NCBI GenBank assembly: GCA_044344305.1
Contig: JBIJDE010000001.1
Span: 1-47,538 of the forward strand
DNA from: Armatimonadota bacterium
GTDB taxonomy: Bacteria > Armatimonadota > Hebobacteria > CAIYQO01
Direction of reading: 5' to 3'
DNA length: 47,538 bases
A program made the translations under genes and the position numbers. This document shows, piece by piece, positions 37,047 through 46,717 of this stretch. Position 1 is the stretch's first letter. Every line of letters begins with the position of its first letter. The notes under the pieces were generated by a model that was not told the origin of the DNA, made no database searches, and was given only the letters and a program-made list of their open reading frames with translations.

Positions 37047-38216
37047 CTATTGTGTAGCGAATGAATCAAACTTCAGGTCGCTGATGCGGACAGATCTCGC
37101 TTCAATTGCCTGGTCATATATACGAATAGTTGTAGGTCGTGCGCCGTTGCTGCCGGTGCCGATGGTGGTTTCTATAGATTTACCTGGCATTTCAAATAAC
37201 ACTTTTCCATGCGAGCAGGTAATTGTGAAAGGAGTTGCTTTAGGTGCTGCTGCAAAGTTCTCTATTACATACCATTCCGGCGATAGATAAGTGGCGGTAC
37301 CGGTAAGAATATCTTTTCCGTTTATCTGAAAATATGCGGTGCCATCACGGTGGAAATACATCTTGGCAATTTCTTTCGGAGTAGCGTTATTATCCAACAC
37401 AGTAACATTTATATCCTGTACATGCCATGCTGTATTAGGAGTGCGGAATTGACCGCTAATCGCCCAGGTGGTTACGTCCGAGGTGATACCCAGTGGTTTT
37501 GTAACCTGTGCAATTGATGATGCAACACCGTGACCATTAGGTACAGATAATTTATTTGCACAAAGTTCAATGCCAATGGCGGTACCATTATCACCGGTAA
37601 CTACCTTAACGTAATTGTTATATCCATAGATATCGTCCACTAATGGTAAACGTGTCCATCCGCCAGCACCATCAACCATGGTTGACGCGGGGGTTAATTT
37701 GTCATAAAGATTTGTTGACATCAACATGGAAAATTTGCGGGTTTTGTCTAATCCGACATGTCCATCAGCATAGGCATAAACAGCCGATGATGAATGGCGC
37801 AAATCAATGTCGCCCCAATAAGAAATCAGATTATTTTCACCTGTTCCATCGGCAAGCAACACTACAGTCGTTGGGTCAGAAAAGTTACCCAGAGATGTGC
37901 CGGTTACGGCGGCATTATATCCATACCCATTCGGGGTTGATTTTCCCAAGGTTGGACATACCAGAGCACCGGAGTCAACTTTGATATCTGACCATACGGA
38001 TGAAACCGGAGGCAAAGTCTCTTCATGGTCCTGGGCATACATTTGCATCGAGGCTGCAATTTGCCGTTGATTGCTGGTGCAGGTTGTCTGTCGCGCTTTT
38101 TCACGAGCACGCGCAAAGACAGGAAACAGAATTGCGGCGAGAATGGCAATAATGGCAATTACCACTAACAATTCAATGAGTGTGAAACCAATTTTTTTCA
38201 TTTGTTGCGTTTTCAA
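37047..38216 (-). CDS. Prepilin-type N-terminal methylation-domain protein of the H-X9-DG class with an unassigned C-terminal beta-rich domain
   Basis: '[10 protein letters not shown]|[42 protein letters not shown]' is nearly identical to the N-terminus of the 6056-7513 protein. The H-X9-DG motif is '[15 protein letters not shown]'. About 235 residues follow the motif. TTG start at 38216 with an AAGGGG SD (the ATG at 38201 is an alternative). Confidence 0.8.
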   Translation of the reverse strand: MKTQQMKKIGFTLIELLVVIAIIAILAAILFPVFARAREKARQTTCTSNQRQIAASMQMYAQDHEETLPPVSSVWSDIKVDSGALVCPTLGKSTPNGYGYNAAVTGTSLGNFSDPTTVVLLADGTGENNLISYWGDIDLRHSSSAVYAYADGHVGLDKTRKFSMLMSTNLYDKLTPASTMVDGAGGWTRLPLVDDIYGYNNYVKVVTGDNGTAIGIELCANKLSVPNGHGVASSIAQVTKPLGITSDVTTWAISGQFRTPNTAWHVQDINVTVLDNNATPKEIAKMYFHRDGTAYFQINGKDILTGTATYLSPEWYVIENFAAAPKATPFTITCSHGKVLFEMPGKSIETTIGTGSNGARPTTIRIYDQAIEARSVRISDLKFDSFATQ

Positions 38217-38255
38217 TAAGTAACCCCTTTTTACGATGTATTACAGTCAACTTTT

Positions 38256-38284
38256 AGTATACTACCTTAGTATTGATTTGTGAA
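38256..38284 (-). promoter_or_regulatory. Putative sigma70-type promoter for the second pseudopilin gene
   Basis: The minus strand reads TTCACA (38284-38279), a 17-nt spacer, then TATACT (38261-38256). This is about 40 nt upstream of the start. Confidence 0.35.
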
Positions 38285-38459
38285 TAGCTGAACTTATCTT
38301 GCATAACAGTTTATATTATGTAGAGTTTTTGTTTTTATATCGATTAATAGATAGGTAAACTCATAGAATTTTAATGTCTTATTGCATGATTGCATTAAAA
38401 TAAGTATGATAAACAAACAATTCAGCAGGAGATAACTTCTGTAAAAAGGCACTGCAATA

Positions 38460-39530
38460 ATGGAAAAAAGTTTAAATAAATTGCCACCTGGTATTAAAAT
38501 AGACAGTATTGAAATTTATAAAGCTCTTAATGCTGCCAGTAGAGCATTGGCAGAATTAAAAGGTGAATCAAAAACTATCCCAAATGAGACAATTCTGATT
38601 AACACATTGGGATTACAGGAAGCAAAAGATAGTTCCGCCATTGAAAATATTATCACAACTTATGATGATATTTATCATTCGCAAGTTGATGACACATATA
38701 ATAATATTGCTGCAAAAGAAGTAATTCGCTATTCAGAGGCTTTAAAACATGGTTATGAATTGGTAAAAACAAATAAGCTATTAACCTGCAATTTTATTCT
38801 TGAAATACAAAAAGTTCTTGAGCCGAATAAGACCGGATTAAGAAAATTACCGGGAACTGTTTTACAAAGTTCTTTAGGCGAGACCATATACACTCCTCCT
38901 CAAAATCCTGATGATATTATATTGCTAATGTCAAATCTTGAAAAATATATTAATGATGATGAACTTCATCAAATTGATCCGTTAATAAAAATGGCTATTA
39001 TTCATTATCAATTTGAATCAATACATCCATTTTATGATGGTAATGGTAGAACAGGTAGAATTATCAATATTCTTTACCTTTTCACTAAAGGACTATTGGA
39101 TATTCCAATTCTTTATCTTAGTCGTTACATTATTGCCAATAAATCCGATTACTATCGTTTATTACAAGATACCAGAGAAAAAAACAATTGGGAAGAATGG
39201 ATTATTTGGATATTAAATGGTGTCAGAGAAACTGCTGAAGAAACACTGGATATAGTTAAAAAGATACAACTTTTAATGAATAGTTATCAAATTGAAATTA
39301 AAGAAAAATTGCCTAAAGTTTATTCAAAGTCTTTGGTTGAACATTTATTTAAACATCCATATACAAAAATTGAATCATTAGAAAACGACCTTGGTATACA
39401 TAGGCAAACAGCATCTATATATCTAAATAAGTTATGTCAAATTGGCATTCTTAAAAAGATGAAATTATGGAAAAATAATTATTATCTGAATGAAGAATTG
39501 TATAATTTACTAAAAGATAAAAACGCATAA
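38460..39530 (+). CDS. fic: Fic-family protein (AMPylase-type), class II with N-terminal inhibitory helix and C-terminal winged-helix-like region
   Basis: Canonical Fic motif 'HPFYDGNGRTGR' (HxFx[D/E]GNGRxxR). The inhibitory motif [S/T]xxxE[G/N] appears as 'SSAIEN' in a Fic_N-like N-terminus. The gene is strongly AT-rich. Confidence 0.9.
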   Translation: MEKSLNKLPPGIKIDSIEIYKALNAASRALAELKGESKTIPNETILINTLGLQEAKDSSAIENIITTYDDIYHSQVDDTYNNIAAKEVIRYSEALKHGYELVKTNKLLTCNFILEIQKVLEPNKTGLRKLPGTVLQSSLGETIYTPPQNPDDIILLMSNLEKYINDDELHQIDPLIKMAIIHYQFESIHPFYDGNGRTGRIINILYLFTKGLLDIPILYLSRYIIANKSDYYRLLQDTREKNNWEEWIIWILNGVRETAEETLDIVKKIQLLMNSYQIEIKEKLPKVYSKSLVEHLFKHPYTKIESLENDLGIHRQTASIYLNKLCQIGILKKMKLWKNNYYLNEELYNLLKDKNA

Positions 39531-39538
39531 TTATTTTA

Positions 39539-39577
39539 CTGTCATGTCGAGAAAAACGAGAAATTTCGACATGACAG
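39539..39577. terminator. Hairpin between convergent fic and helicase genes
   Basis: Perfect 12-bp stem ctgtcatgtcga / tcgacatgacag with a 15-nt loop, followed by gtttat. A partial extra arm (tctcgacatga) lies at 39605-39615. Confidence 0.55.
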
Positions 39578-39623
39578 GTTTATCATATCGAAAAAATCAA
39601 TTTTTCTCGACATGATGTTTTTC

Positions 39624-42041
39624 TCAAACCTTCTCAACCGGCACCAGGGAAGTGTCTATCTTTTTCGTTCCAATGCCGCCCTTGAACATGATGTTGAATT
39701 TTACTCCGTCTATTTGCAGCAGGATTCCTTCGCCGAAGGTGTTGTGTTTTACCCGGTCACCCACCCGGAATCCAGTGGGACTGACGACGGATGCCTGTGC
39801 TTTTTGCACTATTTCGGTGGCGCGGGGAATGTGTTGTGGTATCGGTATTCGCACCTGTTGCGGCTCCGGTTGTTCCTGCTCTTCTTCCTGTGCTTTCTGT
39901 TGCATCATTTCAAACTGTTTGGCGGCCTGGCGCAATTGATGTGCCAGTGGCAGGTTGTCATCCACCTCAATTTTCGGGGTGAATGATGGGCGCTGCACAA
40001 TAGTGATGTCGTTCCATGTTTCGTATTTCTGCCGTGACATCATCCTGCCCGGCTCCGCTTCTGTCAGCAATTCTGCCGGAATATCTTCAAAAAACTGCGA
40101 TACTTTGGTCATTTCTGTTTTGCCGTATAACATGCGTTGTGCGGCGATGGACAGGTATAATTGTTTTTTTGCTCTGGTTATTCCCACATAACATAACCGG
40201 CGTTCTTCTTCCATATTCACCGGCGAGACGTCCCACATTCTCCGCAACGGAAAAATGCCATCTTCCAAACCGGCGATGAATACGGTGTCAAACTCCAACC
40301 CTTTCGCCGCGTGCATGGACATAAGTGTTACTGACGATACGCTGTCGCCGGCTACGGCGCGTTCCGCGGTTAAGGCTACCTGCTCCAGGAATGCGTGCAT
40401 GGATTTGCCTTCTTCATCGCCGGCCTCAGCTTCAAACTCCTGCGCTGCCGAGATTAATTCTCGTACGTTTTGCAGTTGGGTTTCCGCTTGCACCGCGTTA
40501 TCCACCAGTGTACCTTTTTCCGTCTTTATTCCGCGACTGGCATTTTCCAGCGACAGTTCGTATCCGCTTAATTTCAATATATCTGTTATTAACTCGCTGA
40601 TATTTCTGGTGGCGGAAATGCCTTGCAGGGATGACATTATTTTGGCAAATTCGCCGATTGCCGCTTTTGCCCGCGGAGCTAAATCCGTATATTGCACCGA
40701 CATAACCACATCGAACATGCTGACATTTTTGCTCATTGCAATTTCATCCAGCCTCGCGATGGTGGTGTCGCCAATTCCTCGTGGCGGGGTATTGATGATG
40801 CGGCGCAGGCTGATGGAATCGTGATTGTTGTATAGCACCCGCAGGTAAGCGATGATATCCTTGATTTCCTTGCGGTCAAAGAATCGAAAACCGCCGATAA
40901 TGCGATACGGTATCGCGTAACCAATCATCGCTTGCTCCAACACGCGAGAAAGGGCGTTTACGCGGTACAGCACGGCGATGTCATGCATATTTAATCCGGC
41001 ACTGGTCAATTCCTTTATCCGCTTGGCGATAAAAGCCGCTTCCTCGTGTTCATTCCCGGCGCGGTAGCACTTTATCTTTTCGCCGCCTTTTTGTTCGGTC
41101 CACAACTTTTTGTCTTTACGATTGGTGTTTTTATTAATTACATGCCAAGCCGCGTCGAGAATAACCTGGGGAGAACGGTAATTTTGTTCCAGTTTTATCA
41201 CCATCGCGTCGCGATAATTCTTTTCAAATGCCAGCAATATACCGGTATCGGCGCCGCGCCAGGCGTAAATTGACTGGTCATCGTCGCCAACCACACAAAT
41301 GTTGCGATATTTTTGCGCCAATAACTCGATAAATCGGTATTGCGCCATGTTGATGTCCTGAAACTCATCAACGAAAATGTAGCGGATACTCTCGTGAAAT
41401 TTGTCCAGTAATTCTTCGCTTTTTTCCAGCAACTCCACCGCTTTCATTATCAAATCGTCAAAATCAAGTCCGTGATTATCCACCAATAGTTTCTGGTATT
41501 GCCGGTAAATCTCTGCCACCTGGCGACCACGGGGATTTTTCGCATTTTCTTCTTTATATTTTGCGGGAGTCAGCAAGTCGTTTTTAGCATTGCTTATCAT
41601 GTTCAACGCGGTAGATGGCTTTAACTGTTTATCATCTATCTGCAACTCTTTCATTACTTTGCGTACCGCGCTGGTCTGGTCGTCACTGTCAAAAATCAGA
41701 AAATCTTTCGGCACGCCGATTGCCTCGCCATAATCCCGCAGCAACCGCGAACAGATAGCGTGAAATGTACCCACCATCATGCCGCGTACCCCGCGACCAA
41801 TCAACCGCCCAATACGATCCTTCATTTCGTTGGCAGCCTTATTGGTAAATGTAACCGCCAGCACGTTCTCGGGCAATACGCCATGGTTCTGTATAAGCCA
41901 GGCGATGCGATGAGTTAATACTCGCGTTTTGCCACTGCCGGCACCAGCAAATATTAACAAAGGACCGTCGCCATAGGTAACGGCAGCATGTTGTTCGGGG
42001 TTTAAACCAGTTAAAATTCGGTCGCTGTAGTAATCATTCAT
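39624..42041 (-). CDS. pcrA: UvrD/PcrA-family ATP-dependent DNA helicase
   Basis: 'LNPEQHAAV', Walker A 'AGAGSGKT', 'VTFTNKAANEM', 'IFVDEFQDIN', 'VGDDDQSIYAWRGA', 'LEQNYRS', 'VTLMSMHAAKGLEF', 'EEERRLCYVGITRAK', and a C-terminal Tudor-like 'GDRVKHNTFGEGILL'. Confidence 0.9.
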   Translation of the reverse strand: MNDYYSDRILTGLNPEQHAAVTYGDGPLLIFAGAGSGKTRVLTHRIAWLIQNHGVLPENVLAVTFTNKAANEMKDRIGRLIGRGVRGMMVGTFHAICSRLLRDYGEAIGVPKDFLIFDSDDQTSAVRKVMKELQIDDKQLKPSTALNMISNAKNDLLTPAKYKEENAKNPRGRQVAEIYRQYQKLLVDNHGLDFDDLIMKAVELLEKSEELLDKFHESIRYIFVDEFQDINMAQYRFIELLAQKYRNICVVGDDDQSIYAWRGADTGILLAFEKNYRDAMVIKLEQNYRSPQVILDAAWHVINKNTNRKDKKLWTEQKGGEKIKCYRAGNEHEEAAFIAKRIKELTSAGLNMHDIAVLYRVNALSRVLEQAMIGYAIPYRIIGGFRFFDRKEIKDIIAYLRVLYNNHDSISLRRIINTPPRGIGDTTIARLDEIAMSKNVSMFDVVMSVQYTDLAPRAKAAIGEFAKIMSSLQGISATRNISELITDILKLSGYELSLENASRGIKTEKGTLVDNAVQAETQLQNVRELISAAQEFEAEAGDEEGKSMHAFLEQVALTAERAVAGDSVSSVTLMSMHAAKGLEFDTVFIAGLEDGIFPLRRMWDVSPVNMEEERRLCYVGITRAKKQLYLSIAAQRMLYGKTEMTKVSQFFEDIPAELLTEAEPGRMMSRQKYETWNDITIVQRPSFTPKIEVDDNLPLAHQLRQAAKQFEMMQQKAQEEEQEQPEPQQVRIPIPQHIPRATEIVQKAQASVVSPTGFRVGDRVKHNTFGEGILLQIDGVKFNIMFKGGIGTKKIDTSLVPVEKV

Positions 42042-42135
42042 TGCGAAAATATTTTAACATAATTAACCAATAAATCACAGTGGAAAATGAATAGGGTATA
42101 CAGGTTCTTGCAAAACCAGATTTGAAATAATGTGG

Positions 42136-42320
42136 CGTCACCGTCCCGGTGACGTTAGCTTGCAAGAAGGGGCGAATTGCTGAAATTTATTTCCGGTTCT
42201 TTCTTTTTCCGAGCGGGACGCTCTTGCCACCTCTTGAATGAAAAGAAATTATTCGAGTCAATTGCAAAACCCAGTGTAAAGCGAACATCTTGTTCGCAAT
42301 CTCCGAGCTGGAAACTCGGA
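42136..42320. repeat. Small hairpin elements in the helicase / GH172 divergent intergenic region
   Basis: cgtcaccg-tcc-cggtgacg (42136-42154), gcgaaca-tct-tgttcgc (42281-42297) and tccgag-ctggaaa-ctcgga (42302-42320). Confidence 0.7.
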
Positions 42321-42538
42321 ATACCCTTGGTTTAATGTAGATATTACTTTTATGTGTCCTTGCTCTGTAGCAATACCGATTTTATTGCCCAATTTATTTT
42401 GGTTAAGGTTCATTACTTGCAATCATTTAATATAATGACATGTTATTCTTTTAAATATTGAGGATTTAATATTTTCAAAATATTTCTTTGCATTCTCCAT
42501 CCTTTTTGTGGTTAAATAAAACAAAAAAGGTAACAATC

Positions 42539-43663
42539 ATGATAAACCAGGACGAATTATATCTTTTAAAGCCGGGTAAACAGATGCGTTGGGCGACGGC
42601 GGAGAATGTTGATGGTGCCGTTAGCAGCGGTGGCAAGGTTAACCACGGTCGCAAGGGGAAGCCTTCACTGCCGCTGCCGGCGGGTGAGACCCTGACCATC
42701 GCCGCCGCGACTGGTTCCGGCACTATTCGGCGCATATGGATAACCTTCCCCGACCGTACGCCGCAACTGATGCGCGGGTTGGTGCTGCGCGCATATTGGG
42801 ATGGTGCGGAGACACCGGCGGTAGAGGCACCGATTGGCGACTTTTTCGGGGTGTCGCTGGGTCGCAACGCCGCGTTTGAAAATGCCTGGTTTGGTAACGC
42901 CGAAGGCCGTTCTTATACCTGCCGGGTACCTATGCCGTTCCGCACCGGATGCCGATTAACTGTCAGCAACGAAACCGGCACCGATGTCAGCATGTTATTT
43001 TACGAGGTAGACTATACCATCGGTGACGAACATCCCGAAAATACTGGCTACTTTCACGCAGTATTCAACCGTGAATCCAAAACTCGTATGAAAGAAGATT
43101 TCCACATACTACCCTTTATTAAAGGAAAAGGATGTTTTCTTGGTTGTACCATCGGGGTAATCGCGGATACGGTGAGATATGGAAGAACCTGGTGGGGTGA
43201 AGGCGAGGTGAAGGTCTATCTTGATGGCGATACCGATTACCCTACCCTATGTGGAACCGGCACTGAGGACTACATCGCGACAGGCTGGGGACAGGGTCAA
43301 TATGCCCAGTTATGGCACGGCTGCCCGGTTGCCGACCACGAAAAGCTGGCGTTTTCATTTTACCGCCTGCATGGTCCCGACCTGATATATTTTGACGACG
43401 AAATTCGCGTGACCATCCAGCAAATAGGATGCGGTAGTCGCGAAGAAGTAAAAGAATTGTTAAACGGCGGAGTAACAGACAAACTAATGGAATTAGGCGA
43501 CGGCACCAAATTTATTGATGGTGAAAATATAGACACCATGGCAGATTACGTGTTATTCGAACGCGAAGATGATTGGTCTGCTATCGCATATTTTTACCTG
43601 GATAAACCGGTGAATGGTTTGCCGGCGATTATTGGGTATGATGAACGAGTGGCGGGGCTGTAG
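42539..43663 (+). CDS. DUF2961-family protein (CAZy GH172-type)
   Basis: 'RWATAENVDGAVSSGGKVNHGRKGKPSLPLPAGETLTIAAATGSGTIRRIWITF', 'LRAYWDGAETPAVEAPIGDFFG' and 'GTGTEDY' match my memory of the DUF2961 signature. No signal peptide. I prefer the ATG at 42539 to the TTG at 42488. Confidence 0.75.
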   Translation: MINQDELYLLKPGKQMRWATAENVDGAVSSGGKVNHGRKGKPSLPLPAGETLTIAAATGSGTIRRIWITFPDRTPQLMRGLVLRAYWDGAETPAVEAPIGDFFGVSLGRNAAFENAWFGNAEGRSYTCRVPMPFRTGCRLTVSNETGTDVSMLFYEVDYTIGDEHPENTGYFHAVFNRESKTRMKEDFHILPFIKGKGCFLGCTIGVIADTVRYGRTWWGEGEVKVYLDGDTDYPTLCGTGTEDYIATGWGQGQYAQLWHGCPVADHEKLAFSFYRLHGPDLIYFDDEIRVTIQQIGCGSREEVKELLNGGVTDKLMELGDGTKFIDGENIDTMADYVLFEREDDWSAIAYFYLDKPVNGLPAIIGYDERVAGL

Positions 43664-43671
43664 TATGATGA

Positions 43672-43789
43672 TAATCGGGTACAGCCACAAATGCGGGTAA
43701 CCACTATGATTTATAACAGGGTCTAACTTTTCCGCATTTAAGGCAGTCCCCTTACAACGCATCGGTCCGATCCGACCAATTCGACCGAT
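43672..43789 (+). repeat. Full 'A element' copy (43672-43753) followed by a cggtccgat-type repeat (43761-43789)
   Basis: taatcgggtacagcc ... aaggcagtcccctt, with inner helix aaatgcgg (43689-43696) / ccgcattt (43732-43739). It begins 9 nt after the GH172 stop codon. Confidence 0.8.
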
Positions 43790-43815
43790 ACTAAACCAAA
43801 TTAACTGGAGGACCT

Positions 43816-45285
43816 ATGAACAATGAAATGACAGGCGAGATTCGTCGGCAGTTTGACCGCGTTTTGGCGGCGGGTTGCAGTTGGGCGGATATTCGTATTT
43901 ATATTGAAGATGCTACCGAATCGCTGTATCTTGATGATGGCAATCTGGAGGGGAACTCCGCGTCGCTGTCGAGTGGGATGGGAGTAAGGGTGCTGTATCG
44001 CGGCGCGTGGGGATTTGCCGCTACCGCAAAGATGGCGAATATGGCGGAATGTTTTAACCGCGCCTTGAACAATGCCCGCGCCGCCGCCGAATTGCCCGGT
44101 TTCCCGAAGGACAGCGGTGAATCGGTGAAGGTGGCGGGGAAATACGAGTCGCCGGTGATGACCGACCCATTCACCGTGAAACTGAAAGAAAAGACTGATT
44201 TAATGCGGGCAATTGACGCGAAATTGCAGAATGAACATGTTGAACACCGCACGGTAAGCCTTTATTTTCAGAAACGAATTGTCAATTATTTTAACACCGA
44301 CGGCACCGAATACCAGCGTAAAATAATTAACAATTTTGCCGATATGAGCGTGATGGCGGCGGATGACGAAGGTCGTACCCAACAAAGATCCTGCGAATTG
44401 GCGGGCAATGGCAACGGAACCCGCGGTTTTGAATGGCTGGCGGACAGCAATTTTGCCGACAACGCTGACCGCATTAACGCTGAACTGGCAGAACTGCTGA
44501 CGGCACCAAAACTGCCCGCCGGCAAACGCTCCGTGATATTGCTGCCGGGACAAGGCTTCTTGCAGGTTCACGAGACTATTGGCCATGCGTTGGAACTTGA
44601 CCGCATCCTCGGCTACGAACTTTCCTTTGCCGGCGGTTCCCACGTTAAACCGGATATGATAGGCAAACTTAGTTTTGGCTCAGAAAAGCTGAACGCCTAC
44701 GCCGGGTTCACCCCCAATTCGCCGGGAACATTCGGGTTGGATGACGACGGGATACCGCAGAGTGAATACCCGCTGATTAAAAACGGCTTGCTGGTGAATG
44801 TGCTGTCCTGCCGCGGCGATATTAAAGAGGCGAACCACGTGGCAGGACGCGAGGTGATGAAAAGCAGTGGCGGTGCATCGCGCAGTTGCGCGTTTTACCG
44901 TCCCCCGATTGACCGCATGACGAATATCAACGTGGCACCGGGTAACGACGGAACCCTGGACGACATCATCGCCGCCACCGAAGATGGCATTATCATGGAT
45001 GTGCCAGTCTCATGGTCTATCGGTTCGAACCGCGAACATTTCCATTTTGGCTGCGAAATCGCCTGGGAAGTTAAGAATGGCGTGAAAGGCAAGGTATTCA
45101 AAAACTCCACCTATCACGGCCACAGCCTGCCTTTCTGGCACAACCTGGACAAGGTTGGCGATATCACCACATGGAAACTGCAGCAAGTGGCGAATTGCGG
45201 CAAGGGCGAACCCAACCAGATAATGGAAGTCGGTCATGGCATACCGGTAATGCGGTTTGCCGACGTCGACACCGGTGAGGAGTAA
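43816..45285 (+). CDS. tldD: TldD-family metallopeptidase
   Basis: GGAGGA SD. Metal site 'HETIGHALELD' (HExxxH) in the TldD/PmbA fold, with C-terminal 'GIPVMRFADV'-type ending. Confidence 0.8.
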   Translation: MNNEMTGEIRRQFDRVLAAGCSWADIRIYIEDATESLYLDDGNLEGNSASLSSGMGVRVLYRGAWGFAATAKMANMAECFNRALNNARAAAELPGFPKDSGESVKVAGKYESPVMTDPFTVKLKEKTDLMRAIDAKLQNEHVEHRTVSLYFQKRIVNYFNTDGTEYQRKIINNFADMSVMAADDEGRTQQRSCELAGNGNGTRGFEWLADSNFADNADRINAELAELLTAPKLPAGKRSVILLPGQGFLQVHETIGHALELDRILGYELSFAGGSHVKPDMIGKLSFGSEKLNAYAGFTPNSPGTFGLDDDGIPQSEYPLIKNGLLVNVLSCRGDIKEANHVAGREVMKSSGGASRSCAFYRPPIDRMTNINVAPGNDGTLDDIIAATEDGIIMDVPVSWSIGSNREHFHFGCEIAWEVKNGVKGKVFKNSTYHGHSLPFWHNLDKVGDITTWKLQQVANCGKGEPNQIMEVGHGIPVMRFADVDTGEE

Positions 45286-45289
45286 GATA

Positions 45290-46663
45290 ATGATAGATGG
45301 CACAATAAAAGATATTATATTCAAAGCCCGCGACGAAGCGCGCAAACAGGGAATAACCGCTGCGTTCTTCCTGCATCGCGAGGACAGCAATCTCATTCGA
45401 CTGGGCAATTCCGCGGTTGCGCTGTCAACGTCGGAAGAACTGACCCGGTTTTCTGTGGAAGTGGTCAATGGTCGGCGCGTGGGGGCATACAGCATAAATG
45501 CCGACGTTAATTCGCTGGATATCGTGATGAACGCGTTGAACCGCGCCAACGAGAATTGTCTGGAAAGCCCAGAACTGGACTACCAGCCGATTCCATCAGA
45601 AGTGGAAGAGGAGACCGCCGACTACACCGGTTATGACCCGCAGATGATATCGCTGACGGCGGAGGACAAGACCACCGTCTGCAGCAAAATTATAAAATCA
45701 ATGCCGGATAAATATTCATTTAGTGGTTCGTGGTCGTCCGGCGAGACAGAGCTTTTTCTCGCCACCACTATTAATGACAATTGCGCATATCGCAAATTGT
45801 CTGATGGCGTATTGAAAATAGTGATGAAAAACAATATTGCCGGGTGGGAAATTGCCGCTGACCAGACCGGCAAAAACCGCGCCGATTTCTGTGCCGATGC
45901 CGTTGTTAATCATATCAATTCATTGCTGCCGATATACGAAAACAATCCCGGTTACCAGACCGCCATCGGCAAACAACCGGTGGTTTTCGGACCCGACGCC
46001 ATTGCTGAAATGCTCACCATGGCGTTGTGGGGCGGTTTCATCGGTCGCTATTGGGAAGAAAAACGAGCTTTCACCTCGTCAAACAGCTTTGGCGACATGT
46101 TGTTTGCACCATCGGTAAATATCTACGACGACCCGGCCTGTCCAGATACTTTTGGGTATCCGTTCGATTTTGCCGGCAGAAAACGGGGCAAGTTCAATTT
46201 TGTGAAAGATGGCACCTTTGCTGGTTTAATTTACGACAACGCCACCGCGGCTAAATATGGTAAAAAGCCAACCGGTCACGATATCGGCACCATGGATATT
46301 GTATTTGCCACCGGCGATGCAACACCAGGACTGGAAAACGCGCTGGCGCAGGTTGGCGACGCGATATATATACCCCAACTGCATTACCTGCACCTGCCCG
46401 ACCCCACCCGCGGACAAATCACCGGTTCATCACGCTTTAACGCCATGCGGGTAGTCGGCGGAAAATTCACCGCGCCATTGCTGTCCACCCGGGTAACCGA
46501 TACCATCCCCAGTATATTCAGCAGCATAACCGCGATTTCCGCAAAAAGTGTGCCAATAAACATCAGTAGCACCTACGGCAGACGTTCCCCCGAGGTTATC
46601 AGCGTGCCGGAATATATAATCTGCAGCACAGTACGCATCAGCGACGTAGCTGATTCGTTTTAA
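45290..46663 (+). CDS. pmbA: PmbA/TldE-family protein (partner of TldD, lacks HExxxH)
   Basis: The ATG at 45290 lies 5 nt after the tldD stop. It has TldD/PmbA-like length and a C-terminal 'GSSRFNAMRVVGGKF...' region, with no HExxxH motif. Confidence 0.65.
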   Translation: MIDGTIKDIIFKARDEARKQGITAAFFLHREDSNLIRLGNSAVALSTSEELTRFSVEVVNGRRVGAYSINADVNSLDIVMNALNRANENCLESPELDYQPIPSEVEEETADYTGYDPQMISLTAEDKTTVCSKIIKSMPDKYSFSGSWSSGETELFLATTINDNCAYRKLSDGVLKIVMKNNIAGWEIAADQTGKNRADFCADAVVNHINSLLPIYENNPGYQTAIGKQPVVFGPDAIAEMLTMALWGGFIGRYWEEKRAFTSSNSFGDMLFAPSVNIYDDPACPDTFGYPFDFAGRKRGKFNFVKDGTFAGLIYDNATAAKYGKKPTGHDIGTMDIVFATGDATPGLENALAQVGDAIYIPQLHYLHLPDPTRGQITGSSRFNAMRVVGGKFTAPLLSTRVTDTIPSIFSSITAISAKSVPINISSTYGRRSPEVISVPEYIICSTVRISDVADSF

Positions 46664-46689
46664 CATATATAAATTGTATGTGGTGGTTT

Positions 46690-46717
46690 GTAGAGACGCA
46701 AGATTTTGTGTCTCTAC
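46690..46717. repeat. Small hairpin element (gtagagac-N12-gtctctac)
   Basis: Perfect 8-bp stem 27 nt after the pmbA stop. It accounts for the spurious N-terminal extension of ORF 46674. Confidence 0.7.

Noticed and set aside
26723-42041. RmuC, RecJ, Fic and a UvrD-like helicase within 15 kb as a possible anti-phage defence island
   Set aside because: Each looks like a full-length canonical housekeeping protein (RmuC with TM and coiled-coil, RecJ DHH/DHHA1, PcrA with all helicase motifs). They are on different strands and separated by transport and glycan genes. No nuclease, ATPase or sensor partners are fused or adjacent.
43816-46663. TldD/PmbA as part of a microcin/RiPP maturation cluster
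   Set aside because: There is no precursor-peptide-like small ORF, cyclodehydratase, dehydrogenase or export/immunity gene nearby. The pair occurs widely as a stand-alone module.
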